Made by a program: the position numbers and the translations under genes
Virus record (IMG/VR): IMGVR_UViG_3300020473_000011
Coordinates: 186,001-250,000 of that record
Strand: one strand, 5' to 3'
DNA: 64,000 bases
The notes under the pieces: generated by a model
What the model was told of the DNA's origin: nothing
The model's input: only the letters and a program-made list of their open reading frames with translations
Databases searched by the model: none
Part shown: positions 55,389 through 64,000 of the stretch, piece after piece
How the letters are laid out: the number at the start of each line of letters is the position of its first letter
Position numbering within the stretch: the stretch's first letter is position 1

Positions 55389-57305
55389 TTAAATTTGGTT
55401 ATCTTTAATGGTACCTAGACGACCACCGTACCAACGCATTAGCATACGCATGCCTGTGTTGTACTTACCCGTCGAAGGTAGACCTTTATAAAGACGCGTC
55501 GTGCTTTCCCACTCACCGCCGTTTGCTTCACACGAAGCTTGGTCGGCATGGCCTGTCACTGAACACACGCCTTCGTCGTACATAGCAAACTCAGAAAGTG
55601 CACCATTACTGATAACGTCCGCTGAGGTGTAGCCAATTAAGTCGGCTTCTTCTAGGTACAGGTAGCGCTGCGTTGTTAAGCCTGACGGTACCGTGATTAC
55701 GTACTCGTAATCTTCTGATACAGCAACTTGCTCAAACGTATTCAGCACCGCATTTGAATCTGGCGCGTCTTCACCTGCGTTCAGCTCTTCACTTGGACGG
55801 TGGATGTCCGATTCACGTACCACGAAGTACATCGACTTCTGGAATTTCTCGTGATAAACACCATACATACAGAAAAGTGGGCAGAATGACTTATTCTGGT
55901 CAACGAGTGGTGCACCTGTGTCCTTATCAACTAGACGTTGGATATTCAGCCAGCTAAAGCGGTGACCTTCATTCGTTTCGTATTGGTCAACAGCCTGATC
56001 CCATACTGCTAGAACAATACCGTGGTCAGACACAGTTAATGCGTAAGACATCGGAACGTTTAGCGCGCCTTCCCGTGGATCACGTGCTTCACCATCGGTA
56101 TCAAATGAGTTTTGCGCCATAGGGATCAACTCATAACGGCTGTTGTCATAAACTTCAACACCGATGTTAGCTGTATCATCAATCGTCGTTAGATCCGTGA
56201 TGGCGTGCTCTGTTAGCGTCCATACAGCATCACGCGCAGAGTCGTTAGCGAATTTAACGCGCCAATCGAAGCTAAAGGCTGTGCCCGCATTCTTAACATC
56301 AATGCGCCAACCTTTTAGCTCTGAGTAGCTACCCTTCACAGTGAAGGCCACCTGCTGTGCTAGACCGTTTTCGTCACGTTCAGTACCTACTATAGCATCG
56401 GCGTCGATTGACGGTGGTAGGTCGCCCACTACTTTATAAGTAATGTAGCGCTGACCATCTAGGTCTGCTAGGGTCTGGCTACCGTACTCTTTAAAGTAAA
56501 GCGTACACTTTCTTGGCTCGTATACAGGTTTCTTTAAGAGGTGGCCATAATCCGCGTCAGAAGGTGGCGTACGTTGTGAGTAACGACCTGATTCAGGGAA
56601 AGTCGCATTTAAGTCAACTTCCGATGCGTTCGTCATTTCGAACCATTCGATGTCAAGCTCGTACGTCACGCGACCCGATGTATCAAGACCCGCGACAGGT
56701 TCGATACGACGGCTGCCCCATACTTCTTGTGGTAGGCCACCACCTGATAACGGCTTTAAGTACCATTTAAGATTACCGTATGGGTCAGTTGATTGAACTT
56801 GAGTAACACGCGTATGATAAACCGCACGGTTAATAAAGCCATTTTCTTTATAGGCTTCATCAGTCATACGTAGACCGACAAAACCTAGCGTGCCCATCGT
56901 TGAGACTTGGTCAGCAAGATATTCTGTGTTCGGTGGAATATACGGAATTGCTGGTGCTTTTTTCTTGCCCCAGTCAATTTGCAGTGGTGTGGTTACGTTA
57001 ATGTGACCCATACCATGGCCAATGCTATGTTGTGTATCAAAGCGGATAACCCAAGGTTGCTTCGCTTCAACACCATCCACACAAGCGTCGATATGCGGTG
57101 TAGCCTGAATAATGATCACGTCATTCGCAGGGCTGTTTGGATTTGTAAAGTCTAAGTCACTAATATCGGTAGGATAAGTGATCTCAAATGCGTTGTTATC
57201 TGCGCCATCGTAGAACTCTGTCAGGTCTTTTACAACAGACGTGAATAGCTCTCTTGGCGTCGCAAAACCGCCACGTGTGACGGAATACGGCTCAAATGCT
57301 GCCAT
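55389..57305 (-). CDS. Paralogue family B member (638 aa, with large insertion)
   Basis: SWLNIQRLVD / FVVRESDI / GLTTQRY / GYTSADVI. Confidence 0.75.
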   Translation of the reverse strand: MAAFEPYSVTRGGFATPRELFTSVVKDLTEFYDGADNNAFEITYPTDISDLDFTNPNSPANDVIIIQATPHIDACVDGVEAKQPWVIRFDTQHSIGHGMGHINVTTPLQIDWGKKKAPAIPYIPPNTEYLADQVSTMGTLGFVGLRMTDEAYKENGFINRAVYHTRVTQVQSTDPYGNLKWYLKPLSGGGLPQEVWGSRRIEPVAGLDTSGRVTYELDIEWFEMTNASEVDLNATFPESGRYSQRTPPSDADYGHLLKKPVYEPRKCTLYFKEYGSQTLADLDGQRYITYKVVGDLPPSIDADAIVGTERDENGLAQQVAFTVKGSYSELKGWRIDVKNAGTAFSFDWRVKFANDSARDAVWTLTEHAITDLTTIDDTANIGVEVYDNSRYELIPMAQNSFDTDGEARDPREGALNVPMSYALTVSDHGIVLAVWDQAVDQYETNEGHRFSWLNIQRLVDKDTGAPLVDQNKSFCPLFCMYGVYHEKFQKSMYFVVRESDIHRPSEELNAGEDAPDSNAVLNTFEQVAVSEDYEYVITVPSGLTTQRYLYLEEADLIGYTSADVISNGALSEFAMYDEGVCSVTGHADQASCEANGGEWESTTRLYKGLPSTGKYNTGMRMLMRWYGGRLGTIKDNQI

Positions 57306-57493
57306 TGCTCATTTCCTCGTTACTTTAGTCTCAGCACCATTGATACGGCGATACTGCAATCTCAGGTGTAGTTATGATTGTACAACGGATGTGCAGGCGT
57401 TGTACAACGGAGACTATAAAAAACTTACAAGAAGCAACCTAGGGAAAAACTGCACACTAGGCCACTTCGTCAATTAATACCTTAAAACGTTCT

Positions 57494-58840
57494 TTAGTTT
57501 TGAGGCGGTGCGTCAGCGTCGATCTCAGTCAGCATTAGAACCGTCATATTCGTGTTGTACGAGTTATTCGGTGTTAACGCTGTGTACTTACGATAGCGCG
57601 CTTGGTTCTCAAGTACCTTACCGTCGGCATCTTTCGCACCTTCGTTGTAAACATTTACACGAATAGTAAGCTGTGGCGCGATAACGTCACTACTTGTATA
57701 CGCGATCATGTCAAGGTCATGCTGATAGCGGAAGCGCTTAGTGTTTAAGCGGTTAGGGTACAAGATAACGTACTTTGCACCCGCCAAAATAAAGCTACCT
57801 TGGTTGGTGGTCTCTGAGCTAGCTCGGAACTCAACACGCGTCTGCTGTTGCACTTCGTTTAACCACGCATTCGAGTCACGCGTATTACGAGTGGCATCTT
57901 CTGGGTAAGTTGGTTTAAGTACGTCTTTTTCGCGCACAGTAAATTTCTGTACGATACCCGATAGCGGACGTAACGACACAGGTGTTGCCATACCGATTGG
58001 CACTTGGCCATTCATATCGTAGGTGTACGTCGTGCGGTCGTCAGTAAAGCCATACGTATCATAGATGTGTTTGTTGTAGATACCGTACATACAGAACACA
58101 GGGTTACGACTGCCTAGTGGATCAGGGTCTTGTAGGGCGTTACCTGTCTTTTGGTCAACAGGACGCTGCACACAAACCCAAGATTGCGTAGGTGAGTCAC
58201 CCGCTGATTGGTCGTCAGACTCAATCCAATAAGCGAACACAAAGCCACGGTTTGATACTGATAAACGGAAGCTCATTGGGTAAGCTCGTAGCATTCCGTT
58301 GAACTCACGCACGTCGATGAAGTTCAACGTTTGGATATTGAAGCCATGCGCAGGGATCGGGTCGTTCTTGATTGAGTTCACTGCTGATGACGCGCCCATC
58401 ACAACCACATCGCGGTAGTTGTGTGGTACTGTATGCGGTGATTCACCTACGTGGCCACACACATAGCCGCGAAGGTTAGGGATAGCCTCATCATAGTCAT
58501 CACCTAATTGAAGTGGGGTTGCCACTTGGATCTGACAGGTGTACTGGCTATCGGCCGTCACACGAATACGCCAAGGTTCTTCATCGTGAAGCATGTTAAC
58601 TGCATCAGTCGTTTCAAGCACGGCTTCGATGTTTTGTGGATTAGCTGGATCGAATGTGATTGGCGTACGTGTGATTAACGTAAAGCCATTCGCAATCATG
58701 AGTTGCAGCCAATCCGAGACCATTTCACGTACGTCGGTAAAACCGTCACGCGTCACAGTCGTTACAAATTGCGTATCACCACTTGTTAGTGGTGCTGCTA
58801 GGGTTGACGTGTAAACGTCACCGTTGATGTTTAGTGCCAT
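57494..58840 (-). CDS. Paralogue family B member (448 aa)
   Basis: SWVCVQRPVD / FTVREKDV / RLNTKRFR / AYTSSDVI. Confidence 0.75.
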   Translation of the reverse strand: MALNINGDVYTSTLAAPLTSGDTQFVTTVTRDGFTDVREMVSDWLQLMIANGFTLITRTPITFDPANPQNIEAVLETTDAVNMLHDEEPWRIRVTADSQYTCQIQVATPLQLGDDYDEAIPNLRGYVCGHVGESPHTVPHNYRDVVVMGASSAVNSIKNDPIPAHGFNIQTLNFIDVREFNGMLRAYPMSFRLSVSNRGFVFAYWIESDDQSAGDSPTQSWVCVQRPVDQKTGNALQDPDPLGSRNPVFCMYGIYNKHIYDTYGFTDDRTTYTYDMNGQVPIGMATPVSLRPLSGIVQKFTVREKDVLKPTYPEDATRNTRDSNAWLNEVQQQTRVEFRASSETTNQGSFILAGAKYVILYPNRLNTKRFRYQHDLDMIAYTSSDVIAPQLTIRVNVYNEGAKDADGKVLENQARYRKYTALTPNNSYNTNMTVLMLTEIDADAPPQN

Positions 58841-58854
58841 TAGTCAGCCCCTTC

Positions 58855-60195
58855 TTAATTTCCGCCCGCAGGAATGATGCCCGACACGCCAATGTTGTCT
58901 TGCGTCATAATCGCGTTGTTATACCAGCGCATTAAGATGCGTAAGCCCGTATTGTACTCACCCGTTGCACGTAAGCCTTTGTAGCGCTTCTTCGTACCGT
59001 CTTCGTACATAGATAGCTCGGCGATGCCGTCTTGTGAAATGATGTCTGCTGAGCAGTAGCCCATCAAATCCATTTCCTCTAAGTACATGTAACGTTGCGT
59101 GTTCAAACCAGACGGGATAGTTACAACGTACTCGTAGTTCTCCGTCACGCTGATCTGTTCAAGCGGGTTGATTAGGGCAACACTATCTCGCGTGTTGATT
59201 GTCGCGTCTAAGTCTTCACTTGGACGATGCACGTCTGATTCACGCACTACGAAGTAGCGTGTCTCATTCAGTGTTTGGTTTTGAATGCCGTACATACAAA
59301 CAAGCGGCGCGTGGCTCTCTGCTTGGTTGATTAGTGGTGCACCTGAGTCTTTGTCGACTAGACGTTGTGCTGCGAACCAGCTGTGACGACAACCTGTATG
59401 GTCGTACTGGTCGGTTGCTTCTTCCCAGATAGCTAACATAATACCGTGGTCTGATACAGTTAATGCGTAAGACATTGGAATGTTAGGCGTACCCGCAACG
59501 GCAACCTGTGCTGTATCAGGGAACTTGTCTTCGAACTCACGCTTTGCATCATATAGTGGACGACGGCAGAAAAAGCCTTTGTCTTCAATTTCTAGACGTA
59601 GCTGGTCGTTAGGGTCACACCACGAAACTTGCTTGTCGATAACGGGAATACGTCGACCTAAGAAACCCAGTGTACCTTCAACAACAGGGTCGTCATTCTT
59701 GCCGCCTTTGTTCGGTGGCGTGTAGTCATAGAGCTGCCAGTCACCTTGTGCAGGTTTAAATAACTGTAACGGCGTCGATACGTTAATGTGAAGGTTACCA
59801 ATCTCTGGTGCCTTATCATTACGGTCTTCACGACGGTTATTATGACTCGGGTGACATTGCTTACCTACACCTGAATCAAAGCGAATGATCCATGGTTGCG
59901 GTACGACTGATACACCGTGAGTCGCGCGCTCAGGGTCTGCACCTGCTAGGTGGTCTACGAAGCCAGTAGCTTCGATAACGAACACCGATGAATCAAACGA
60001 CAATGGGTCGCTCAGATCAGGGTTGTCCGATGGGTATAAAAGTTTGAAAGCATTCTCTGATGCCGTAGGGTCATCAGGGTGCTCATAATAATCTGTTAAA
60101 TCACGGACAACCGACGTAACCAGCGCTTTAAGCGTAGTGAAACCACCACGTTCAATGCTGTACGGTTGGAAATCCGCTCTCATTTCAAATGCCAT
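58855..60195 (-). CDS. Paralogue family B member (446 aa)
   Basis: SWFAAQRLVD / FVVRESDV / GLNTQRY / GYCSADII. Confidence 0.75.
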   Translation of the reverse strand: MAFEMRADFQPYSIERGGFTTLKALVTSVVRDLTDYYEHPDDPTASENAFKLLYPSDNPDLSDPLSFDSSVFVIEATGFVDHLAGADPERATHGVSVVPQPWIIRFDSGVGKQCHPSHNNRREDRNDKAPEIGNLHINVSTPLQLFKPAQGDWQLYDYTPPNKGGKNDDPVVEGTLGFLGRRIPVIDKQVSWCDPNDQLRLEIEDKGFFCRRPLYDAKREFEDKFPDTAQVAVAGTPNIPMSYALTVSDHGIMLAIWEEATDQYDHTGCRHSWFAAQRLVDKDSGAPLINQAESHAPLVCMYGIQNQTLNETRYFVVRESDVHRPSEDLDATINTRDSVALINPLEQISVTENYEYVVTIPSGLNTQRYMYLEEMDLMGYCSADIISQDGIAELSMYEDGTKKRYKGLRATGEYNTGLRILMRWYNNAIMTQDNIGVSGIIPAGGN

Positions 60196-60333
60196 AAGTT
60201 GTTAACTCCGTCACATCGGCAGCCATTGCTGCGATTAAAAGCCCAGTTACATGTCCGCGACGAGCGCGGTCTAGCACCATTGTACAATGAATGTGCAGAG
60301 TATTACAGTTTCATTGTACAACCATTGATGCCG

Positions 60334-61230
60334 TTATGCTGTGCGAAACATCACACTGATCCCCGCGTTGTCTGCCTCAGTACTAACCATACTGTGGTAG
60401 ATGCGCTGGGAGTTGAAAACTTCCATGTTCAAATTGGCGTTAGCCGATACGAGGTCAGTATTAGCAAAGCCAATAATGTCGAATACACCCTCGTAGCTAA
60501 AGCGCTCCGTAGAGAAATTGTTCGGAAACTGGATTATGTAATCACGGTTCTCCGCAATCTCCTTCAACTTAACAGTGTGCATGACACTGTTTCGGTTGTA
60601 GACGTAATCAATTGCGGTAGTGGCTGGGGCAGGGACGGGTATATCACTCTCCCGAACCAGCAATTGCTTTATGTCAGCTGTAAAACGGTTAAACGTACCA
60701 CTCAATGCCAGTACAGGGTTGTGTACCGTTGGGATAACAATACCTGTTTCCCAATCGACAGGTTTTTGTACGCAAAGCCAACTCAGCTGACGTTCGGGGC
60801 TATCCACCACGGCATGCTCCCATATCGCGATAGCAAACCCATGGCTGTCAGCCGTGAATAGAAGAGAGAAGGGGCGGTTATACTTGCCGTGGGTACCGAG
60901 TCGGTCTCGACGGAACCAGTACCCCAACTCATTCGGCGTGTCTGAGGTATTTAGACTTCCGACAACCCGTGCGTATAAGTCACCCGTCGTGCTTTCTACC
61001 TGCATTGGCGTCGCAATGTTCAAGCGTAAGCGCTGTTCGTCACTCGATAGCTCGAAGCGAACTACCCACTCTTGGTCGTACGAGTTTACGTCCAAGGCGA
61101 TTCGAGGCTTCATAAGCAAGACACGACCGTCTTGCTTCTCTATGATCTCAAAATGGTAGTTGGCCTTCTCTTTGAGAGCTTCAAAAACTTCCCTCAAGTC
61201 GACAAGGCCATGTCGGAAAAAGCTAAACAT
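60334..61230 (-). CDS. Paralogue family B member (298 aa)
   Basis: SWLCVQKPVD / LLVRESDI / NFSTERF. Confidence 0.75.
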   Translation of the reverse strand: MFSFFRHGLVDLREVFEALKEKANYHFEIIEKQDGRVLLMKPRIALDVNSYDQEWVVRFELSSDEQRLRLNIATPMQVESTTGDLYARVVGSLNTSDTPNELGYWFRRDRLGTHGKYNRPFSLLFTADSHGFAIAIWEHAVVDSPERQLSWLCVQKPVDWETGIVIPTVHNPVLALSGTFNRFTADIKQLLVRESDIPVPAPATTAIDYVYNRNSVMHTVKLKEIAENRDYIIQFPNNFSTERFSYEGVFDIIGFANTDLVSANANLNMEVFNSQRIYHSMVSTEADNAGISVMFRTA

Positions 61231-61238
61231 GCTCTGCC

Positions 61239-61895
61239 TTACACGCCTGTGAAACCGTTACCGATTGCGTTCATATCTAGGTTACTCGTGTCGTCTAACG
61301 AAAAGGTACTTGAGACTGTTTCCATGCCATCACTGACCATACCAACTGATTCACTTTCTAGGCCATCAGTGCCACTTGCTTTCTTACCTAGCGACTCAGT
61401 CTGCTTCACGGTTGTGAAACCTGCGTCTTTAAGCCCGCTAAGTTGTACTGTAGCCGTCGCGAAGTCGATGTCGCCTTCACCGTCTTCTTGTGGGAATGAC
61501 TTGCGCTCAAGCTCGGCGGTAACGCTAAAAGCATCGCTTTCGAACTCAGCGTCAACAGCTGGGATCAACGTTTCTTCTGCCCACGTTACAAACTCACCTA
61601 CGAACTCGTCACCGTTAGACTCGCTATTTACTGTCACTTCCCACTCAAGGTCGTCACTGTTTAATTGACGTAGTGACGGTGTCAGTGTTGGCCAGTCCCA
61701 CTTCATCATCGCGTTAAAGCCTTTGATAGTATCAGTTAGAAAGCCCTGAACACGCGATACGGTCTCTGTGCCTGCGTCGGTCAGTGTTAGGTTTTCGAGT
61801 TCTTCGCCAATATTCGATGAACCGCCACCAATACTTGATGAACCACCACCTACAAGGGCTTCATAACGTTCTAGGATTGTATTTGCTCGTGTCAT
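61239..61895 (-). CDS. Acidic hypothetical protein with leader (MTRANTILERYE) and Gly/Ser linker
   Basis: ATG 61895; GGGSSSIGGGSSNIG follows the leader. Confidence 0.75.
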   Translation of the reverse strand: MTRANTILERYEALVGGGSSSIGGGSSNIGEELENLTLTDAGTETVSRVQGFLTDTIKGFNAMMKWDWPTLTPSLRQLNSDDLEWEVTVNSESNGDEFVGEFVTWAEETLIPAVDAEFESDAFSVTAELERKSFPQEDGEGDIDFATATVQLSGLKDAGFTTVKQTESLGKKASGTDGLESESVGMVSDGMETVSSTFSLDDTSNLDMNAIGNGFTGV

Positions 61896-61927
61896 TATCA
61901 CAGTCTCACTTTAGTTGTTGTTTAAGG

Positions 61928-63007
61928 CTACGACATCATTGCCGTTAGCCAGTTACTTGATTCGTCTTGTACACTACGAACGTGTTCGCGTATCTCTGAA
62001 CCGTTGATCATGATAAACATGATCGTCCCTGATGTTTCTTGTGCATGGTTGATAACCGATTTGTACTTACGGGCTATCTGCTCACGAAACACCTTAGAAA
62101 ATTCTATGTTTTGCATGCTGCCAAACAGACGGGCTTCACTGAATGCGACTAAGTCCATTACATGCCTGTAACGGTATCGCCGAGTGTTGAGGTTGTGCGG
62201 GAAAAAGACCTTGGCCGTGTTTTCTTCGGTGTAGTAATTCACCTCTGCATCCCAGTGCGGCATGATGGCATTTTCCATGCGCTTAAACTGCCACGCGGGT
62301 TGTGACTTAGTCGGCACCACCACGTCAGATTCACGAACAACAAACTTATTGCGCTTATGGCCAAAACCATTTTTTATCTCATAGGCTGCAAAGACAGGTG
62401 ACATTTCGCTAACTAGTGGCTCACCTGATTCGGGGTCAACTGGGCGCTGTACGCACAGCCAGCTAAACCATGAACCATCATGCCACACGCTGGCATCATC
62501 GAACGTCTCTTCATACGTAAAGAACACAAAGCCTCTGTCGGTAAGCGTTAATACGTAGCCCATCGGATAAGCAGGCGCTGCTTTGCTTAGGTACGTTCGG
62601 TCAATAAATGGAATACCCACATTACCAATGTCACTGCCAATAACACCAACATGATCCCAGCCGAGCAGCTGTTCGTATTCCCCAAGCACTTCTGTTAAGA
62701 ACCCCGTATCAGGTAGCTGTAAGTCAGGTGCGACATAGACGCGCGCCTGATCCCATTCAACCTTAAACATGATACGGTACGAGTACTGCTTACCTGCCAG
62801 CATTGCGTTACCCTCGGGCAACACTTCGAGCAGACAAGAGAAGGGGATGTCATCTTCGAGCAGCTTCGGATGTAGTAGGAAGTCGTTCTCGCCTTGTTGA
62901 ATAGTTACCGACGTAAATGAGCCAGCCTCGACCATGTCGATGACTAGTTCTTTCATCATTGTAACGTGGCTTTTAAAACCGCTACGGTGGAACGAGTAAC
63001 CTGCCAT
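61928..63007 (-). CDS. Paralogue family B member (359 aa)
   Basis: SWLCVQRPVD / FVVRESDV / NLNTRRYRY. Confidence 0.75.
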   Translation of the reverse strand: MAGYSFHRSGFKSHVTMMKELVIDMVEAGSFTSVTIQQGENDFLLHPKLLEDDIPFSCLLEVLPEGNAMLAGKQYSYRIMFKVEWDQARVYVAPDLQLPDTGFLTEVLGEYEQLLGWDHVGVIGSDIGNVGIPFIDRTYLSKAAPAYPMGYVLTLTDRGFVFFTYEETFDDASVWHDGSWFSWLCVQRPVDPESGEPLVSEMSPVFAAYEIKNGFGHKRNKFVVRESDVVVPTKSQPAWQFKRMENAIMPHWDAEVNYYTEENTAKVFFPHNLNTRRYRYRHVMDLVAFSEARLFGSMQNIEFSKVFREQIARKYKSVINHAQETSGTIMFIMINGSEIREHVRSVQDESSNWLTAMMS

Positions 63008-63013
63008 TGGTGC

Positions 63014-63253
63014 CTACTCCTGCTCAAGACTGAGCGGGGATTCAAAGTCTATTCTGGCTGCACGTGAGTTAACCCACTTGATAGTCGTCAAACGTAGAGC
63101 TTCATGACCAATGTTACTCGCAGCCGCAAGTGCACTCATGAATAACAGTGATTGTTCGGCGGGTGTTAGCGTGCTTCGTCCATTCGTTGCGCGTGTGGCC
63201 ATGCTTTTTACATAGCGCGCAAGCGTAGAGTCAGCTGCAAATGTTAATGCCAT
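63014..63253 (-). CDS. Small hypothetical protein
   Basis: 79 aa; GGAGG RBS. Confidence 0.7.
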   Translation of the reverse strand: MALTFAADSTLARYVKSMATRATNGRSTLTPAEQSLLFMSALAAASNIGHEALRLTTIKWVNSRAARIDFESPLSLEQE

Positions 63254-63361
63254 TTAATTGCCTCCCAGTCAGGCGGTCTCAACTCAGTATCAATGCTACA
63301 ATTATAAACCATTGTACAAGAGTTTCATACTACCCGAAAGTGAGGCTAATTGGCACCTAAT

Positions 63362-63571
63362 TTAACGTTGGGGGTCTTGTTTGTTTTGTCGCTTAAAGCG
63401 CTGCATTTTGTTCCACAGGCGATACGAGTCACCGTCATTCACCTTGGCCATTCGTATACAGGCGTCATTCATCGCATCAAGGTCTTTGCTTTCCAGCGCT
63501 TTGTTAAAGTCGCGCTCTATGTAGCGTTTTAAGTCGCTCCCTTTCATAACAACGACGTCGGTTTGTCTCAT
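63362..63571 (-). CDS. Small basic hypothetical protein
   Basis: 69 aa; AGGT RBS. Confidence 0.6.
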   Translation of the reverse strand: MRQTDVVVMKGSDLKRYIERDFNKALESKDLDAMNDACIRMAKVNDGDSYRLWNKMQRFKRQNKQDPQR

Positions 63572-63586
63572 AGTTCTACCTATTTT

Positions 63587-64000
63587 TTAGCGTGCAGCTA
63601 TACGACCACCCGTATAGGCGACGTATACTTCTAAGTTGTGGTGCTTGGCACGTGCAATCATGTCCCGCGTTCCAGCGGAGTGTCCGTCCCAAAGGGCGAT
63701 TAAGCCACCTCGTGACTGCGCCGCATAGCAAGCCATGTCTTCGTTTCGTAAGAAGCCCGCTTCTAAGTTCGGGTCTTCTGAGTCACCCCAGTCAGGCTCA
63801 AAGTCTTCCACATGGATGCCGTGTGCTTTGGCATATTTAACACCGAGTGCATCGCCCCCTAAAGCCGTTCCGTTTACGACCTCCGTGATGTCCCAGCCGA
63901 ACTTGGTAACAGCCTTAGCGACTGCGCGTTCAAGCAGCGGGTAGTCCCGCATCGTTAGATGACGTGAGCCTGCTATTATCAAACGAGTAGTCTTTATCTT
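63587..64000 (-). CDS. SLOG-family (YspA / DUF2493-like) protein; start lies beyond the right edge
   Basis: IIAGSR...VVNGTALGGDALG..YA...F..DW...AG..RN..M...LIALWDG.S.GT..MI..A. Confidence 0.85.
   Translation of the reverse strand, partial: KIKTTRLIIAGSRHLTMRDYPLLERAVAKAVTKFGWDITEVVNGTALGGDALGVKYAKAHGIHVEDFEPDWGDSEDPNLEAGFLRNEDMACYAAQSRGGLIALWDGHSAGTRDMIARAKHHNLEVYVAYTGGRIAAR

Noticed and set aside
60166-61668. Plus-strand ORFs of 231, 101 and 198 aa
   Set aside because: Antisense to well-supported family-B and leader-bearing genes
31115-63007. Diversity-generating retroelement or invertible cassette behind the paralogue arrays
   Set aside because: No reverse transcriptase, template/variable repeat pair, serine invertase or inverted gene segments seen; paralogues are too divergent for recent cassette shuffling

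Overview
This window is part of the genome of a large contractile-tailed phage (myovirus) with a T4-like tail and baseplate. The host is probably a marine Gammaproteobacterium; a DUF3718-like gene suggests Alteromonadales (inference). Most genes are on the minus strand. In order: a truncated DUF4815-type tail-fibre gene, baseplate wedge genes, gp25, PAAR, spike and hub (1-12.6 kb); eight tRNAs interrupted by a counter-oriented operon with an Aca2-like regulator (12.7-16.8 kb); tube initiator, 1634-aa tape measure, chaperone, tube and sheath (17.4-27.4 kb); head-tail genes and a CheW-domain gene (27.5-30.2 kb); five tandem paralogues, an arfA homologue and a holin/transglycosylase pair (31-37.4 kb); a ~7-kb element with three tyrosine-recombinase-like genes bounded by TTTCCATA repeats (37.6-44.6 kb); a 3108-aa protein followed by six paralogues (44.6-63 kb); and a truncated SLOG-family gene. 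The strongest leads are: (1) a shared N-terminal leader, M[ST]RAxx[IL][IL]xx[YF]E, on many unrelated small proteins, resembling a capsid-targeting signal for injected cargo; (2) an Aca2-like regulator with an operator-containing promoter, a fused C-terminal domain and a small downstream anti-defence candidate; (3) a palindrome, TTGTACAA (extended ATCRTTGTACAAYGAT), in about 24 intergenic copies; (4) phage-borne CheW and ArfA; (5) the recombinase element. All family assignments come from motif recognition by eye; no database search was run.
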